Source: Octopus sinensis (taxonomy: Eukaryota). From it: a DNA stretch of 64,000 nucleotides. Within the stretch, counting starts at the first letter, position 1. Each line of letters opens with the position of its first letter. The DNA lies in the NCBI RefSeq assembly GCF_006345805.1, contig NC_042998.1, positions 90,520,001 to 90,584,000 on the forward strand. Direction: 5' to 3'. A program made the translations under genes and the position numbers. The notes under the pieces are model-generated. The model was not told the DNA's origin. It saw only the letters and a program-made list of their open reading frames with translations, and ran no database searches. Of the stretch, positions 51,912 to 62,695 are shown one piece after another.

Positions 51912-52612
51912 GCACAGTCATGATTATATAGTTAAGTTCATTTCCCAACCATGTGGTTTTGGTTTCAATCTTTCTGGGTGGCACTTGATCAACCAAAGCC
52001 TTGTGTATTGAATAGGTAGATGGAAACTGAAAGGAGCCTGTCATATATCATTTAGTGTCTGTTTTCCATGTTGGCAAGAGTTAGATGGTTTGACTCAAAC
52101 TAATAATGCCAACCACTCTAAGAGTGTAGTGGATGTCTTTTACATGTTACTGGCACTGGCCATGACCATGATTTCATTTGACTTGATATGTATTCTCACA
52201 GCAAATTGCCAAAGGTCTCGATCATTTGTCATCACCTCTGTGAGCCTCAGCATCCAAAGATCATTCTTCACCACCTTGTTCCGTCTTCCCGGCTCTACTT
52301 CTTCCACAGATTCCCTCCACAGTTAGAGACTGGCACTTTGTTACTGTCCTCGTCCATATGCAATATATATGTCTGTGTTTATATTTGTGCTTCTGAAAAT
52401 TGCTGAGCTGCAACCAGTGATATTTTTCTCATTTCCCCCTTGTCAATAAATCAGCCACTGACTCCTTGTGTTCAGAAATGTGTGGAATAAGAGGTCTCTT
52501 GCTTGAAAAACAGGTAAGAGTTTGCAACAGGAAGGGTATTTGGCTGTAAAATAACATCTCAGTTATATATTCAGCTAACCCATGCTAGCATAAAAAAACT
52601 GACATAAAAGAA
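51912..52612 (+). mobile_element. tRNA-derived SINE interrupted by an antisense RTE tail (52048-52360)
   Basis: Head ttcccaaccatgtggttttggtttcaatc...gatggaaactgaaaggagcctgtcatata; resumes after 52360 with atatatatgtctgtg...aacaggtaagagtttgcaacaggaaggg...cccatgctagc. Confidence 0.7.
52048..52360 (-). mobile_element. RTE LINE 3' tail nested in a SINE
   Basis: tcatttagtgtctgttttccatgttggc...atgccaaccactct...caaagatcattcttcaccaccttgttccgtcttccc. Confidence 0.8.
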
Positions 52613-52879
52613 AAATGAATGCAAACAAAAATATATAGTCAACTTTATATAATAAAAGTATATCATGATATATATTTTATTTTGATCCAAGTTTGCCTCT
52701 TTGTATGAGAGAAAGTTGCCTTAAATGTTTTGCCAGAACTGATTGTGTTGGTATTTATAACTGAAATAATAATAATAATCACAGCTTTATTTTATTATTT
52801 CTGAATGTTACAATGAGTGATTTTTGCTAACCACTAAACTTATAAATGGTTTAGTTTATTAAATTAAACCCAATGTTCT

Positions 52880-53620
52880 TCACATGATCTTTAGGAGTAA
52901 TTCTTTTTTTAATTTGTTTTTTGCGAGAGAAGCAATCCAATCTACTTATTTGATTTCTTCCATGTTTTTAGTGACTATAGTGATTCTTTATTTCTTATTC
53001 AAAACCCAAGACCCACATATTGGAGACAATTATCTACTTTGTGTTGCTCTTTGTATCTTCTGTTCACATCAGGCATCCACTTCTGCCATCAGTCAAAATT
53101 TTCACAAGCTATCTGACAACTTGGTTCCATTTAACACCAAAATATAAACATTTCTCAGTTATGTCAGTGGGAGAGGATACTACACCTTGCCCTCACATTT
53201 CCATTTTAGAAGATCCTTTTCACTTCACAAGATAGAATGCTTTTTTTCTTATACTTAATTTTTTTATTTCAAAATTAAATTGAAGAGGCTTAGATCTTTT
53301 TATATTGCTAATAATTACATCAGTCTTGAGTATCTGTTGACTATCTACATATCTTAAGAATACCTCATTCTGAAATATTCTTTCCATTTCTGGAATGGTA
53401 CACTTTATTTGATCACTGGTATTCTATTTAGAAGAATGACATCCATGATGGAAATAGTTTCTGGATTATCTCCTGCTGCTGCTGCTTTTATTGCTATCAT
53501 ATGCTACTCTGATAAACTTATGCTTGAACTCTCCCTCAAATCAATCTTATTCATTATATCCATCTCTCTGCTTCTTGCAGCAGCATTCTTCACGCATCAA
53601 CAAATATGTAGTTTATTTTT
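52880..53620 (-). pseudogene. Possible decayed LTR-retrotransposon integrase C-terminal relic
   Basis: Minus-strand coding-like frame SSSISLSE*HMIAIKAA...FYLVK...*GQGVV...D...LYFG weakly resembles the W.GPG.V.G.D motif after the integrase of Copia/GalEa-type elements. Confidence 0.3.
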
Positions 53621-54422
53621 TTTTTCATTTTGTTTCTCCAAAAAGTATGTCAACATTCTCATGTGTTCTTGCTAAATGAAATTGAATTATTTGTAATAAT
53701 ATCCTTCTGGTTATATTACAGGGAAGGTTACTTTTTTGTTAACTTAAGAGAAATTACCTTTGTCCTTACATAGTATAAGTCATCATAATCATCATCTTTA
53801 TTTTGCATGTTTTTCCATGCTTGCAGGGATTGGACATTGTCATAGTTTGAAATAGTTCTTATAAAAAGTTACTGCCCTCTTTGATGAGCCAGGGGAACTC
53901 TGTCCATTATTTCCATTATATATCTTTGTGCTGGGCATATGTTGAGAGCAAATTAAGGTTTCAAAATGGTATTTTTCCTTCCTTCCTTTTTATTTTCTAT
54001 ACATAAACTATTTCATGTTTATGGTTGGCTTACACTGAAGGCTGCCACTTTTTTGTGTAGCATCTAAAAAATTTTAGTCTTTCAAAATGTATTTAGAAAA
54101 TTAAACTTTTTGAAAAAAAATATTTTTCAAAATAAATGCTTTACATTCTTTTTGCAATACTCTATTCTGATGTAAAAAAAATTTAAATGTTACTTCTTTT
54201 GGTACATTTTTATTAAAACATAAACTGAAATATGTTCTATTTAGTGTGATGATTCAGTTGGTTATTGTGATTAAATACAATGACAGTTATATTACAAAGA
54301 GTGGTGTTTTTCTGAAGCTCTGAATGAAGCAATTTATTCTCATGTATCCATTTTGAAACCATTTTGAACACTTGTAATTATTATTCTACTATTTTCCTAA
54401 CTTTTCTTTTCTCTCATTACAG

Positions 54423-54534
54423 GTTTCTATGCAGCAAAACCTTTGCCTTCAGCAGGTGTTGTTTCTATTATGCAAGCATTTTGTGATGGTGGTTCCTGGG
54501 ATGAAAATAGTTTTGTTACATTTCCAAAGAACAG
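54423..54534 (+). CDS. ABCA2: Coding exon (112 nt) of the ABCA2-like gene; start of extracellular domain 1
   Basis: Branch-point-like cctaac, polypyrimidine tract and tacag acceptor; donor gtaata. Joined to the 37654-37747 exon (A+GT = Ser) it reads SFYAAKPLPSAGVVSIMQAFCDGGSWDENSFVTFPKN, matching ABCA2 [35 protein letters not shown] (recalled). Confidence 0.92.
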
Positions 54535-55934
54535 GTAATATATAATACCAAGCATAATATTCATTCAAATTTTAAAGTTTTGAATATTTTTAATGGTTTT
54601 CGTTTATCACATTCTACAAAGATATGTATAAAAATCAAATGATTCTTGTAGTTTAGGGTGATTATAATTGGATTTCTTGACAGAAACAATAAGTAAAAAA
54701 AAAAATTCAATTTATTTAAAAAAAATTTGCCTAATCAACTTAATCATGAATGACATTCGAAATTCTATTTCATATTTAAATTGACTTTATTCCATATGTT
54801 ATCTGCATGTAGATAAATGTTCTAAACTTGTATATATTGTCTAAAATTTTTTTATTAAATATTTTTGTTGGTACTAGTTTTTTCATTTAAAGTTCCTTCA
54901 CCTTACTTAACATTGTTATTAACAGAACTCCATCCAAGCATGGAAAGGTGGATGTCAAAATGATGACAATGATCCTTAGTTGAAAAACATAATTAACTCA
55001 GCTGTTTTATAAAATATCATCAATATGACTTATGGGAGAATGCCTCAGGGAGTTGCTTTTTTTTTTAAATACAAATATGGTAGAGCTTTGCACACATAAT
55101 ATAGTTAGTTGAACAACTTTGATTAACTAATGATGTTGTGAATCGTGAAATAGCTTATTGATTATTTTTTTGAGTTAAAGGTTATTAAAGAGGAGGAGGA
55201 ATGACATCAATAGCAAGCATTGTATTTAAGTGTTAGTACACTGGATATTAGGGCATCACATATAATAACTGGTAATAACATAACTCATCAGTGTATCCAA
55301 TATTGGTTGATAGATAACAATAGCTCCACTTCATTTGGCATGTCTGCATACTTAAACTGAGTAAAGAATTTTGCTAGAAATTAGGTGTTACTGTATTTTG
55401 CCTTTTTAAAAATTATCTATGTATGTGCACTTGTGTGTAGAGATATGGTTTTATTTTTAAGAGAATGATACCCTTCGATTTTTAATCACTAGTAATCATA
55501 TTTTTCCTAAATTTGAATAATCTGTCTCATTTTTTTTTTATAAATGATACTGGGATTATAGTTAGAAATACAGTTCTTTTGGTTTAAAAAAAATCTATGC
55601 AAAGGAACCTTCATTAGTTTTTTCTAAAGTCTCTAAAAATTTGAAAGATGATCCCTTAAATGTCTCTGTTCTAATCTATGCCAGCATGGGAAAAGCAGAT
55701 GTAAAAAGAAATTAAACAAAATGAAACCAATTTTAATACTTTTATCTGGATCATTAAGATCTTAAGTTACATATTTTAAACAGAGCTATTACTCTTGTAG
55801 GACTGTTAATTAATAAACTATACTTGACATTTTAATGTTAAAGATTAGACACACATACACACACACAGATATATAATAATCATTATCATTTTATTTAATT
55901 AAGGGAGTAATTATTTTATCTATAATATTTATTA

Positions 55935-56195
55935 TTAAGGTGGTGAGCTGGAAGAATTGTTAGAGCTTTGGAAAAGATCCCTTGCAGTATATGTTTCAAC
56001 TTTGCTTTTCAGCCCTTTGAAGTTAATAAAACAAGATACCCAATCTAGCACTGAGGTCAATAGGCAATATTGGCAGAATTATCAACACATTGGAAAAAAT
56101 GTGTTGTATTTCTCACCAAAGTCTATAAAATAATGTACAGGGTAAATGGTATCTCCTCCTCTCAAAAATTGCTGGTATTGTACTTAAATTATAAA
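55935..56195 (+). mobile_element. Degenerate Nin/Deu-domain SINE(s)
   Basis: taaggtggtgagctggaagaattgttag...aactttgcttttcagccctttgaagttaataaaa. Confidence 0.6.
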
Positions 56196-56197
56196 CA

Positions 56198-56355
56198 AGG
56201 AGTGGCTGTGTGGTAAGTAGCTTGCTTACCAACCACATGGTTCCAGGTTCAGTCCCACTGCGTGGCACCATGGGCAAGTGTCTTCTACTATAGCCTCAGG
56301 TCGACCAAAGCCTTGTGAGTGGATTTGGTAGACGGAAACCGAAAGAAGCCCGTCG

Positions 56356-56418
<63 letters not shown>

Positions 56419-56612
56419 TTGTGTTTGTCCCCCAGCATCGCTTGACAACCGATGCTGGTGTGTTTACGTCTCCGTAACTTAGTGGTTCGGCAAAAGAGAC
56501 CGATAGAATAAGTACTAGGCTTACAAAGAATAAGTCCTGGGGTCGATTTGCTCGACAAAAGGCGGTGCTCCAACATGGCCACAGTCAAATGACTGAAACA
56601 AGTAAAAGAGTA
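56198..56612 (+). mobile_element. Young full-length tRNA-derived SINE (octopus OK/OR-type) with an internal (TA)n(TG)n tract
   Basis: A box tggctgtgtggtaag, B box ggttcagtccc, central microsatellite, tail cagtcaaatgactgaaacaagtaaaagag; CpGs retained. Confidence 0.9.
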
Positions 56613-56639
56613 ATTACTGTAATTATCTGCTGTCATATG

Positions 56640-57190
56640 TATGGGATGGGTTTGCTGTCATGGGTAGTGAGTCCATCACAATGATTTCTCTACCACCCTT
56701 ATTTAACCAGACAAAAAAGACAGTTCCCCTCTGTTTGGTGACTACAGTTCATGAGATTGAAAGGTCTGAGAGCAGATACTTTTCACTTTGGTTGAGCCTT
56801 CACTGATTTTCAAGTTTCACTTAAAGACGGTGATGGCTATGGAGAAAAATAAAGAGCTCTCTTGAAGTGCATTTATTGTAAGATGGGTGACAGTCTATGT
56901 ATACTCTCAAATGCTGAAGAGCAACATTTGGCAGTGTTCGGGGTGATCTTGGATCTTTGGGTTTCCTTGATTATCTCTAGATGAAGGTCGTCCTTCATCA
57001 GAAGGGTTCCATCATCATCATTTATTAGTTGTATACCATATCTACTTATATTTTATGTTAGCTTTTCATTTTTTGCTTACTCATTCAATTTTCAGTATTA
57101 AATTCCACATTTTATGCCTATCCTTGTAATTGGGCACTCATCTCGCTGGTGATGAATAAATAAATAAATAATAATAATAATAATAATAGC
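56640..57190 (+). mobile_element. Possible Tx1/L1-like LINE 3' end
   Basis: Remnant FKFHLKTVMAMEK..ELS*SAFIVRWV resembles Tx1 C-termini; ends with gaataaa(taaa)n(taa)n. Confidence 0.4.
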
Positions 57191-57239
57191 AATAACAAAG
57201 TTATAAATTTTTTATGTTTTCTGAAACAGTCTCTAGAAC

Positions 57240-57755
57240 AATACTTTGTGCAAAACCAAATGTATGGCACCCTAGTCATAACACCAACTTGAACTTCTAG
57301 CTTCTCATGGATTTTGATCTTAACTGATTGGAAGTGCTATCATGTACATGTTTTGTCTTTGTATAAGATGGGCTACAGCAAATATTCTGTTCAGTACTGC
57401 AGATTTGCTTGCCAGTTGCTTGATCTTAACCAGTTGAGCTGGTCTTTAGTGGCTGACAATATGTGCATCTCTGATCATAAGCAGAAGTAGTGGGGGAGCA
57501 TTGTAATCATGTGTTGAGAGGAATTCTTTGGGGTTTGACTAATTCAACTCTGAAAGCATGGGGTTTCGTTCAGCATCCTTAAACAGCCCTTATTCAGGGA
57601 CCTTTTGTGCAGGATGGGTTACTCAACTTGAAAATTCTAACTTGGGTTCCACCTGCATGGTCATGCACTGTTTATCTTGATATGAGATCACTATGTCATG
57701 CACATATAGTTGTGATGCATGAGCCTGGTGTACCCTTATCAGACGGGTAGTCAAT
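57240..57755 (-). repeat. Unclassified interspersed repeat
   Basis: GC-richer block between (TAA)n tracts that resembles a common octopus repeat (recalled, not verified). Confidence 0.4.
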
Positions 57756-57760
57756 AATGT

Positions 57761-58941
57761 TAAGGTGGCAAGCTGGCAGAATTGTCAGCATGTCAAGCAA
57801 AATGCTGCTAATCATTTTGTCTGTCTTTATGTTCTGAGTTCAAATTCCTCTGAGATCAACTTTGCCTTTCATCCTTTCAAGGCCAATAAAATAAGCACCT
57901 GTTAAGCAATGGGGTTGATGCAATTGACTTACTCTCCTCCCTTGAAATTGCAGGCCTTGTGCCAAAAATTGAAACCATTTATTATTAGTATTATCATTAT
58001 TAAGGTTGTGAGCTTTCATCCTTTTAGGGTCAATAAATTAAGTTCTAGTTGCATACTGGGGTTGATCTAATCAACTGGCCTCGTCCCCAAAAATTTTGGG
58101 CCTTGTGCCGAGAGTAGAAAAGATTATTGTTATTATTAAGGTGGTGAGCTTTCATCCTTTCAGGGTCAATAAATTATCGGTGGAACACTGGGGTCGATGT
58201 AATCAACTCATTCCCTCCCACAAAATTGCTGCTCATGTAGCAAAATTTGAAAATTTATTATTAAGGTGGTAAGCTGGCAGAATCATTAGCACACCAGGCA
58301 AAATGCTTAGATGTATTTCATCTGTTGCTACATTCTGAGTTCAAATTCCGCTGAAGTCAACTTTGCCTTTCATCCTTTCAGGGTTGATAAATTAAGTACC
58401 TGTGAAACATTAGGGTCAATTTAATTGACTAGTCTCTTCCCCCCAAAATTTCAGGCCTTGTACCTATAATAGGAAGGATTATTATTATTATAAACAAGGT
58501 AGCGAGCTGGCAGAATCATTAGCATGTTAGATGAAATGCCTAGCAGTATTTCGCTTATCGTGATGTTCTCAGTTCAATTTCCACCAAGGTTGATTATGCC
58601 TTTCATCCTTTTGGGTTCGATAAAATAAGTATCAGTTGAACACTGGTATCGATGTAATCAACTCATCCCCCAACCAAAAAAAAAAAAAAAAGAAAAGAAT
58701 TTGCTGCCCTTGTGACAAAATTTGAAACCATTATTATAAATGCGATTAAGGCAGCAAGCTAGCAAAATTATTAGTACACCAGACAAAATGCTTAGTAGCA
58801 TTTCTTCTCGCTTTAATTTTGAGTTTAAATGCTGTTGAGGTCACTTTTGTTTTTCCTGTTTTCAATTGAGCACTATGATAATATAATTAACTTACCCCTC
58901 CCCTAAAACTGCTGGCTTTGTGCCAAAATTTGAAATCATTA
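57761..58941 (+). mobile_element. Tandem array of six Nin/Deu-domain tRNA-SINE units
   Basis: Units start at ~57761, 58001, 58137, 58262, 58496 and 58747 with (t)aaggtgg.gagct. Core gcctttcatcctttc.gggtcgataaa.taagtacc; (ATT)n tails. Confidence 0.9.
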
Positions 58942-59619
58942 TAAATGTGGGTATAATGTGTATGAGAAAATGCTATTACTGAAAGTAATGCGAAGAGATT
59001 TACTTTGAGGATTAATGAGCTTTCTGCAAGGGAGAGAGAATGAGAGAAAGCATGCAAAGGATTTAATATTAATGATGTAGCATTTGAAATATAAGATAAT
59101 TGTTTTCCTGAGTGTTTAGTTTATAATCTTTGACAAAAATTATAATCTTTCTTTGCATGATCAACAACTCAAAAAAAAAAAAAATTATGATACTGTAATT
59201 ATAGAACTTAAAATCTTATACGATCTAAGTTAAATGATATTAGAACTGACATTGGGCTTGAAATTATTTGCATGGTTAAACATCAGTTTTAAAATCTTTC
59301 CAATCATTTTCTTTATCTTTTTGCTTTCATCCTTTCTTTTCTTTCTTCCCTTTTCTCTGTCTTTTTTTTTTTTTTACTAGAAAATTTAACTGGAGATTTC
59401 TTTCACAATATAGTTGTTACTTTCGAACAAAGGCCCACAGATATAATAATAATGAACTTATTGTATACAGTGCTCAGGTGAATATATCTGTGATACATCA
59501 GGGAGGATCGAGGAAACAGTTTTGTATCTCACTCTCTCTTGTCATAAATAAAATAAAACCTAAGTAATGGTGAAGAAAATAATTTCAAAACAAATCTCTC
59601 ATGGTGAATCCCTACACAT

Positions 59620-60070
59620 ATATTGTAGTATTGCTACAATGATGCCATGAAGGCTAGGATTCCTTAGGGTCAGGAAATACTTCAGCCCTGATTAATTACT
59701 GTTCTGCTGTAAAGTTTCAGAAAGAACCATATTTTGAGTGTTATTGTTACATACTCAAACATTATATGCAAAAAACACCATTTAAGTGGCAAAGATGCAC
59801 TTTGACACACAATTTCTTCTACTAGGGCTTCTTGCTTTCTTAATTAGGTAGATGCTTACCATTCTTCAATCTTGCCTGCGTAATCTGTCTCTTCTTCTAC
59901 CACTCACTCTCTTACCTCTTTGAGCTTACATTAAACACTATACAATTCTGGGAATGCAACCCTCTAGAATCTCCTTACTTTTCAAGATTATTTTCAAGAT
60001 CATTTTCTGCAAATACCTCCCCTTAATAGCAACCTGGAAGATTATCTACTTCTGAATAATGTATATATTT
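59620..60070 (+). mobile_element. Old CR1-group LINE 3' fragment
   Basis: Remnants LRVRKYFSP..LL..K....P..LEC..H and LWEC.P...F..F resemble the CR1 ORF2 C-terminus. Confidence 0.4.
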
Positions 60071-60649
60071 TGTTATCCCCCTCCTTCTCATACTGCTCTC
60101 TCCTTCCCTCCTTCTCTCTACACTGTTTTATTCTTTGTTTCCACAAAGCAGTGTCATGTTTGTAGCTTGGTATGTTTCATAATAAAAAACAGATCAATTT
60201 TTATTTCTCCAATTTGCTTACCTATTAAAAGATTTGAAATTGGTTTACAGTTCTCTAGGTTTTTAACTTTGCCTGCAACCATAATTTTCTCTTGTGTTAT
60301 ATCAAGCTTTAATTATTGACTTTCATTTTCTCATTGTTTCTTCAGTTAATTTTAGTCATCCTAAATAAGGCCACAGCTACAGTTCATTTTACATGCTTTA
60401 TTTCTCATTACTAATATTTTCTAACATAGCTTTTATTTTTTTTTTCTGTTAGCTATTCTAGGAAAAATTTCTTTTATGTATATTCCTTCAAGCAGTTTAC
60501 ATCATTCTTGCATTTTAAGAGTCTCACACTATACAACTTGACATCAAAAAGGAGGATTTCTTTTGTTCTTCATTTGCTGCATTGATCTGGCTAGAATATA
60601 CTATTTTCAATGTCTTTATATTAACATATGATATTTAAGCATTTTAGAG

Positions 60650-60840
60650 ATCATCATTTTTACATCTGCTTTTCGTACTGGCATTAGTTGGATGGCTAGA
60701 CAGGACCCAATGGGTTGGAGAACCACATTTTGTTCCCATGTCTCAGTTTTAGCATGGTTTCTACAATCAGATGGCCTTTCTAATGTCAAGCACTTTGCAG
60801 AGTGTGCTAGGTACTTTTTTTGTGACACCCTCACTAGGAC
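60650..60840 (-). mobile_element. RTE LINE 3' tail
   Basis: atcatcattttacatctgctttt...gcatggtttctacaatcagatggcctttctaatgtc. Confidence 0.7.
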
Positions 60841-61384
60841 GGGAGAATAAGGAGATAGTGGTTGTTTTGTGTGAGGTGCTGAGTGGTTAATGTATGATGG
60901 GAAGAGTAAGGACAGGTTTGTTACTGGGAAGATTGATGGCTCTTGTGCATTTTATATAGGTCAGAGAGGTAAATATGGTGGTGTTGAGATGCCAGATCAT
61001 GCCCTAAAGGTAATGTGTCCAAAAAAGTGAATAGAGTATAGAGACTAGGAAATTAGCATGAGCGGGTAAGGTTACAAAAGTATGAGGGGAGAGTGGGAGT
61101 TGGATTTAAACATGGGGTGGAAGTTGTCAGTTGTGTATAGAAGATGAATATAATAAATGGTAAATACAAGTGGTAGGAATGATATAGATGTCGTTTGGGA
61201 GTAGCTTGGAGAGGGAGTAATTGTAGTAAGTTTTGATTTCATTATTTACAGCAGCAAAATAATATAATAGATAGGAGTGTGATGGAAGGATTGAATGACA
61301 GATGAGAGTATGGTTAAAGGTTATGACATGTGAGGAAAAGTGAGAGATGAATAAAATGAATGGGTAGTAGACAATGGTAGTAAT

Positions 61385-61585
61385 TCTAATTTTAGCACAA
61401 GGTCAAAATTTTGAGAGGAGAGGTTTAGTTAATTATATCAACCCCAGTGTTTATTTTATCAACAAAAGGATGAAAGTCAGTTGACTTAAGTGAGATTTGA
61501 GCTCAGAATGTAAAAAAGTGTAAGCAATGCCACTAAGCATTTTGTCCTACATGCTAATAATTCTGCCAGCTCACTGTCTTAGGTT
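61385..61585 (-). mobile_element. Nin/Deu-domain SINE
   Basis: The reverse complement of aaaggatgaaag...gatttgagctcagaa...taagcattttg...ttctgccagctcac matches the array units. Confidence 0.7.
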
Positions 61586-62307
61586 ATAATGACAGTAAAT
61601 ATGGGTATGAGTTGATGATGGTAAGAATGAGATAGATGTCAAGAGGAAGTGGCTTTGTAGGGAGGGACCCAGCTGTTTGGATAGGTGGAAGAAGAGGAAA
61701 TAAAAAACAAGGAGATATATATTATATGGAGTTGCTTATGAAAATATGGATGATGTTAAAAATGTGATGTTATTCATTAGAAATATGATGACTAACAGAT
61801 TTTAGTTGTTCAAATGAAATTTCAATGAGATAAAATCTTTAACATTCTTTTTAATGTTTCAGAATGATAATTCAGTCTTTTAGCATTTACTTAGCCATGT
61901 TTAAATTATTATCTAATATATTTACTTAAGACCTCAGAGTGAAAGAATTGAAACAATATATGAAAATAGTATGACAAATGCAATGGAAAATGTTGTCTAT
62001 TTAGATTGAGTCACTTGAAAATTAAGTCATATACTACAAGTATGTTGAAGGAATAAATATTTAATCTTCTGGGAATCATTACAGCCAGTTTCATTTCAGT
62101 TTCAATAGATGTACTTCACTAGAGTATTAAATGTAACTGGACTCAAAGAAACTTATCAAAACAACAAATATAGTAAATAGCAATGCTTCAACTGTTCTCA
62201 TAACTTAGATGCAAGGATACCTCTTTATAATTATTCAACACTACTAGAAACAGCAGCCAAGTCTCCTCAAATCATTCTTAAATGTGATTCATTGAACAAT
62301 GTAGTTA

Positions 62308-62695
62308 CTTATCATCATCATTGTTTAACATCTGCTTTCCATGCTGGCATGGATTGGACAGTTTGACTCTGATGGCTGACTAGCCAGAAGGCTGCTCCAA
62401 TCTGATCTGGCAAAGTTTCTATAGCTGGATGCCCTTCCTAACACCAACCACTCCGAGAGTGTAGTGAATGCTTTTTATGTACCACTGGCATGAGGGCCAG
62501 TCAGGTGGTATTGGCATTAACTATGCTTGAATGGAGCTTCTTATGTGCCACCGGCATGGGAGCCAGTCGCGCGGCACTGGCAATGACCACACTAGAATGG
62601 TGCTTTTAACATGTCACCAGCATGAGTACCAGTCAAGTGGCACTGGCAATAATCACACTCGAATGGTGCTTTTTACATACCACCAGCATGGAAGA
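62308..62695 (-). mobile_element. RTE LINE 3' tail with four 66-bp modules
   Basis: catcatcattgtttaacatctgctttccatgctggc...gctggatgcccttcctaac; gaatggtgctttt recurs at 62529, 62595 and 62661. Confidence 0.9.

Noticed and set aside
56198-56275. tRNA gene
   Set aside because: A and B boxes are present but run into a SINE body; there is no cloverleaf and no poly-T terminator.
56226-56636. 136-aa minus-strand ORF
   Set aside because: It is the antisense reading of a SINE including its microsatellite; such ORFs are common false gene predictions.
56980-57000. Perfect hairpin gatgaagg-tcgt-ccttcatc containing minus-strand CTGATGA
   Set aside because: No GAAA partner; most likely a LINE 3' UTR stem-loop.
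57730-57752. Minus-strand CTGATAAG as a hammerhead core
   Set aside because: It does not match CUGANGA and there is no suitably placed GAAA or stem III.
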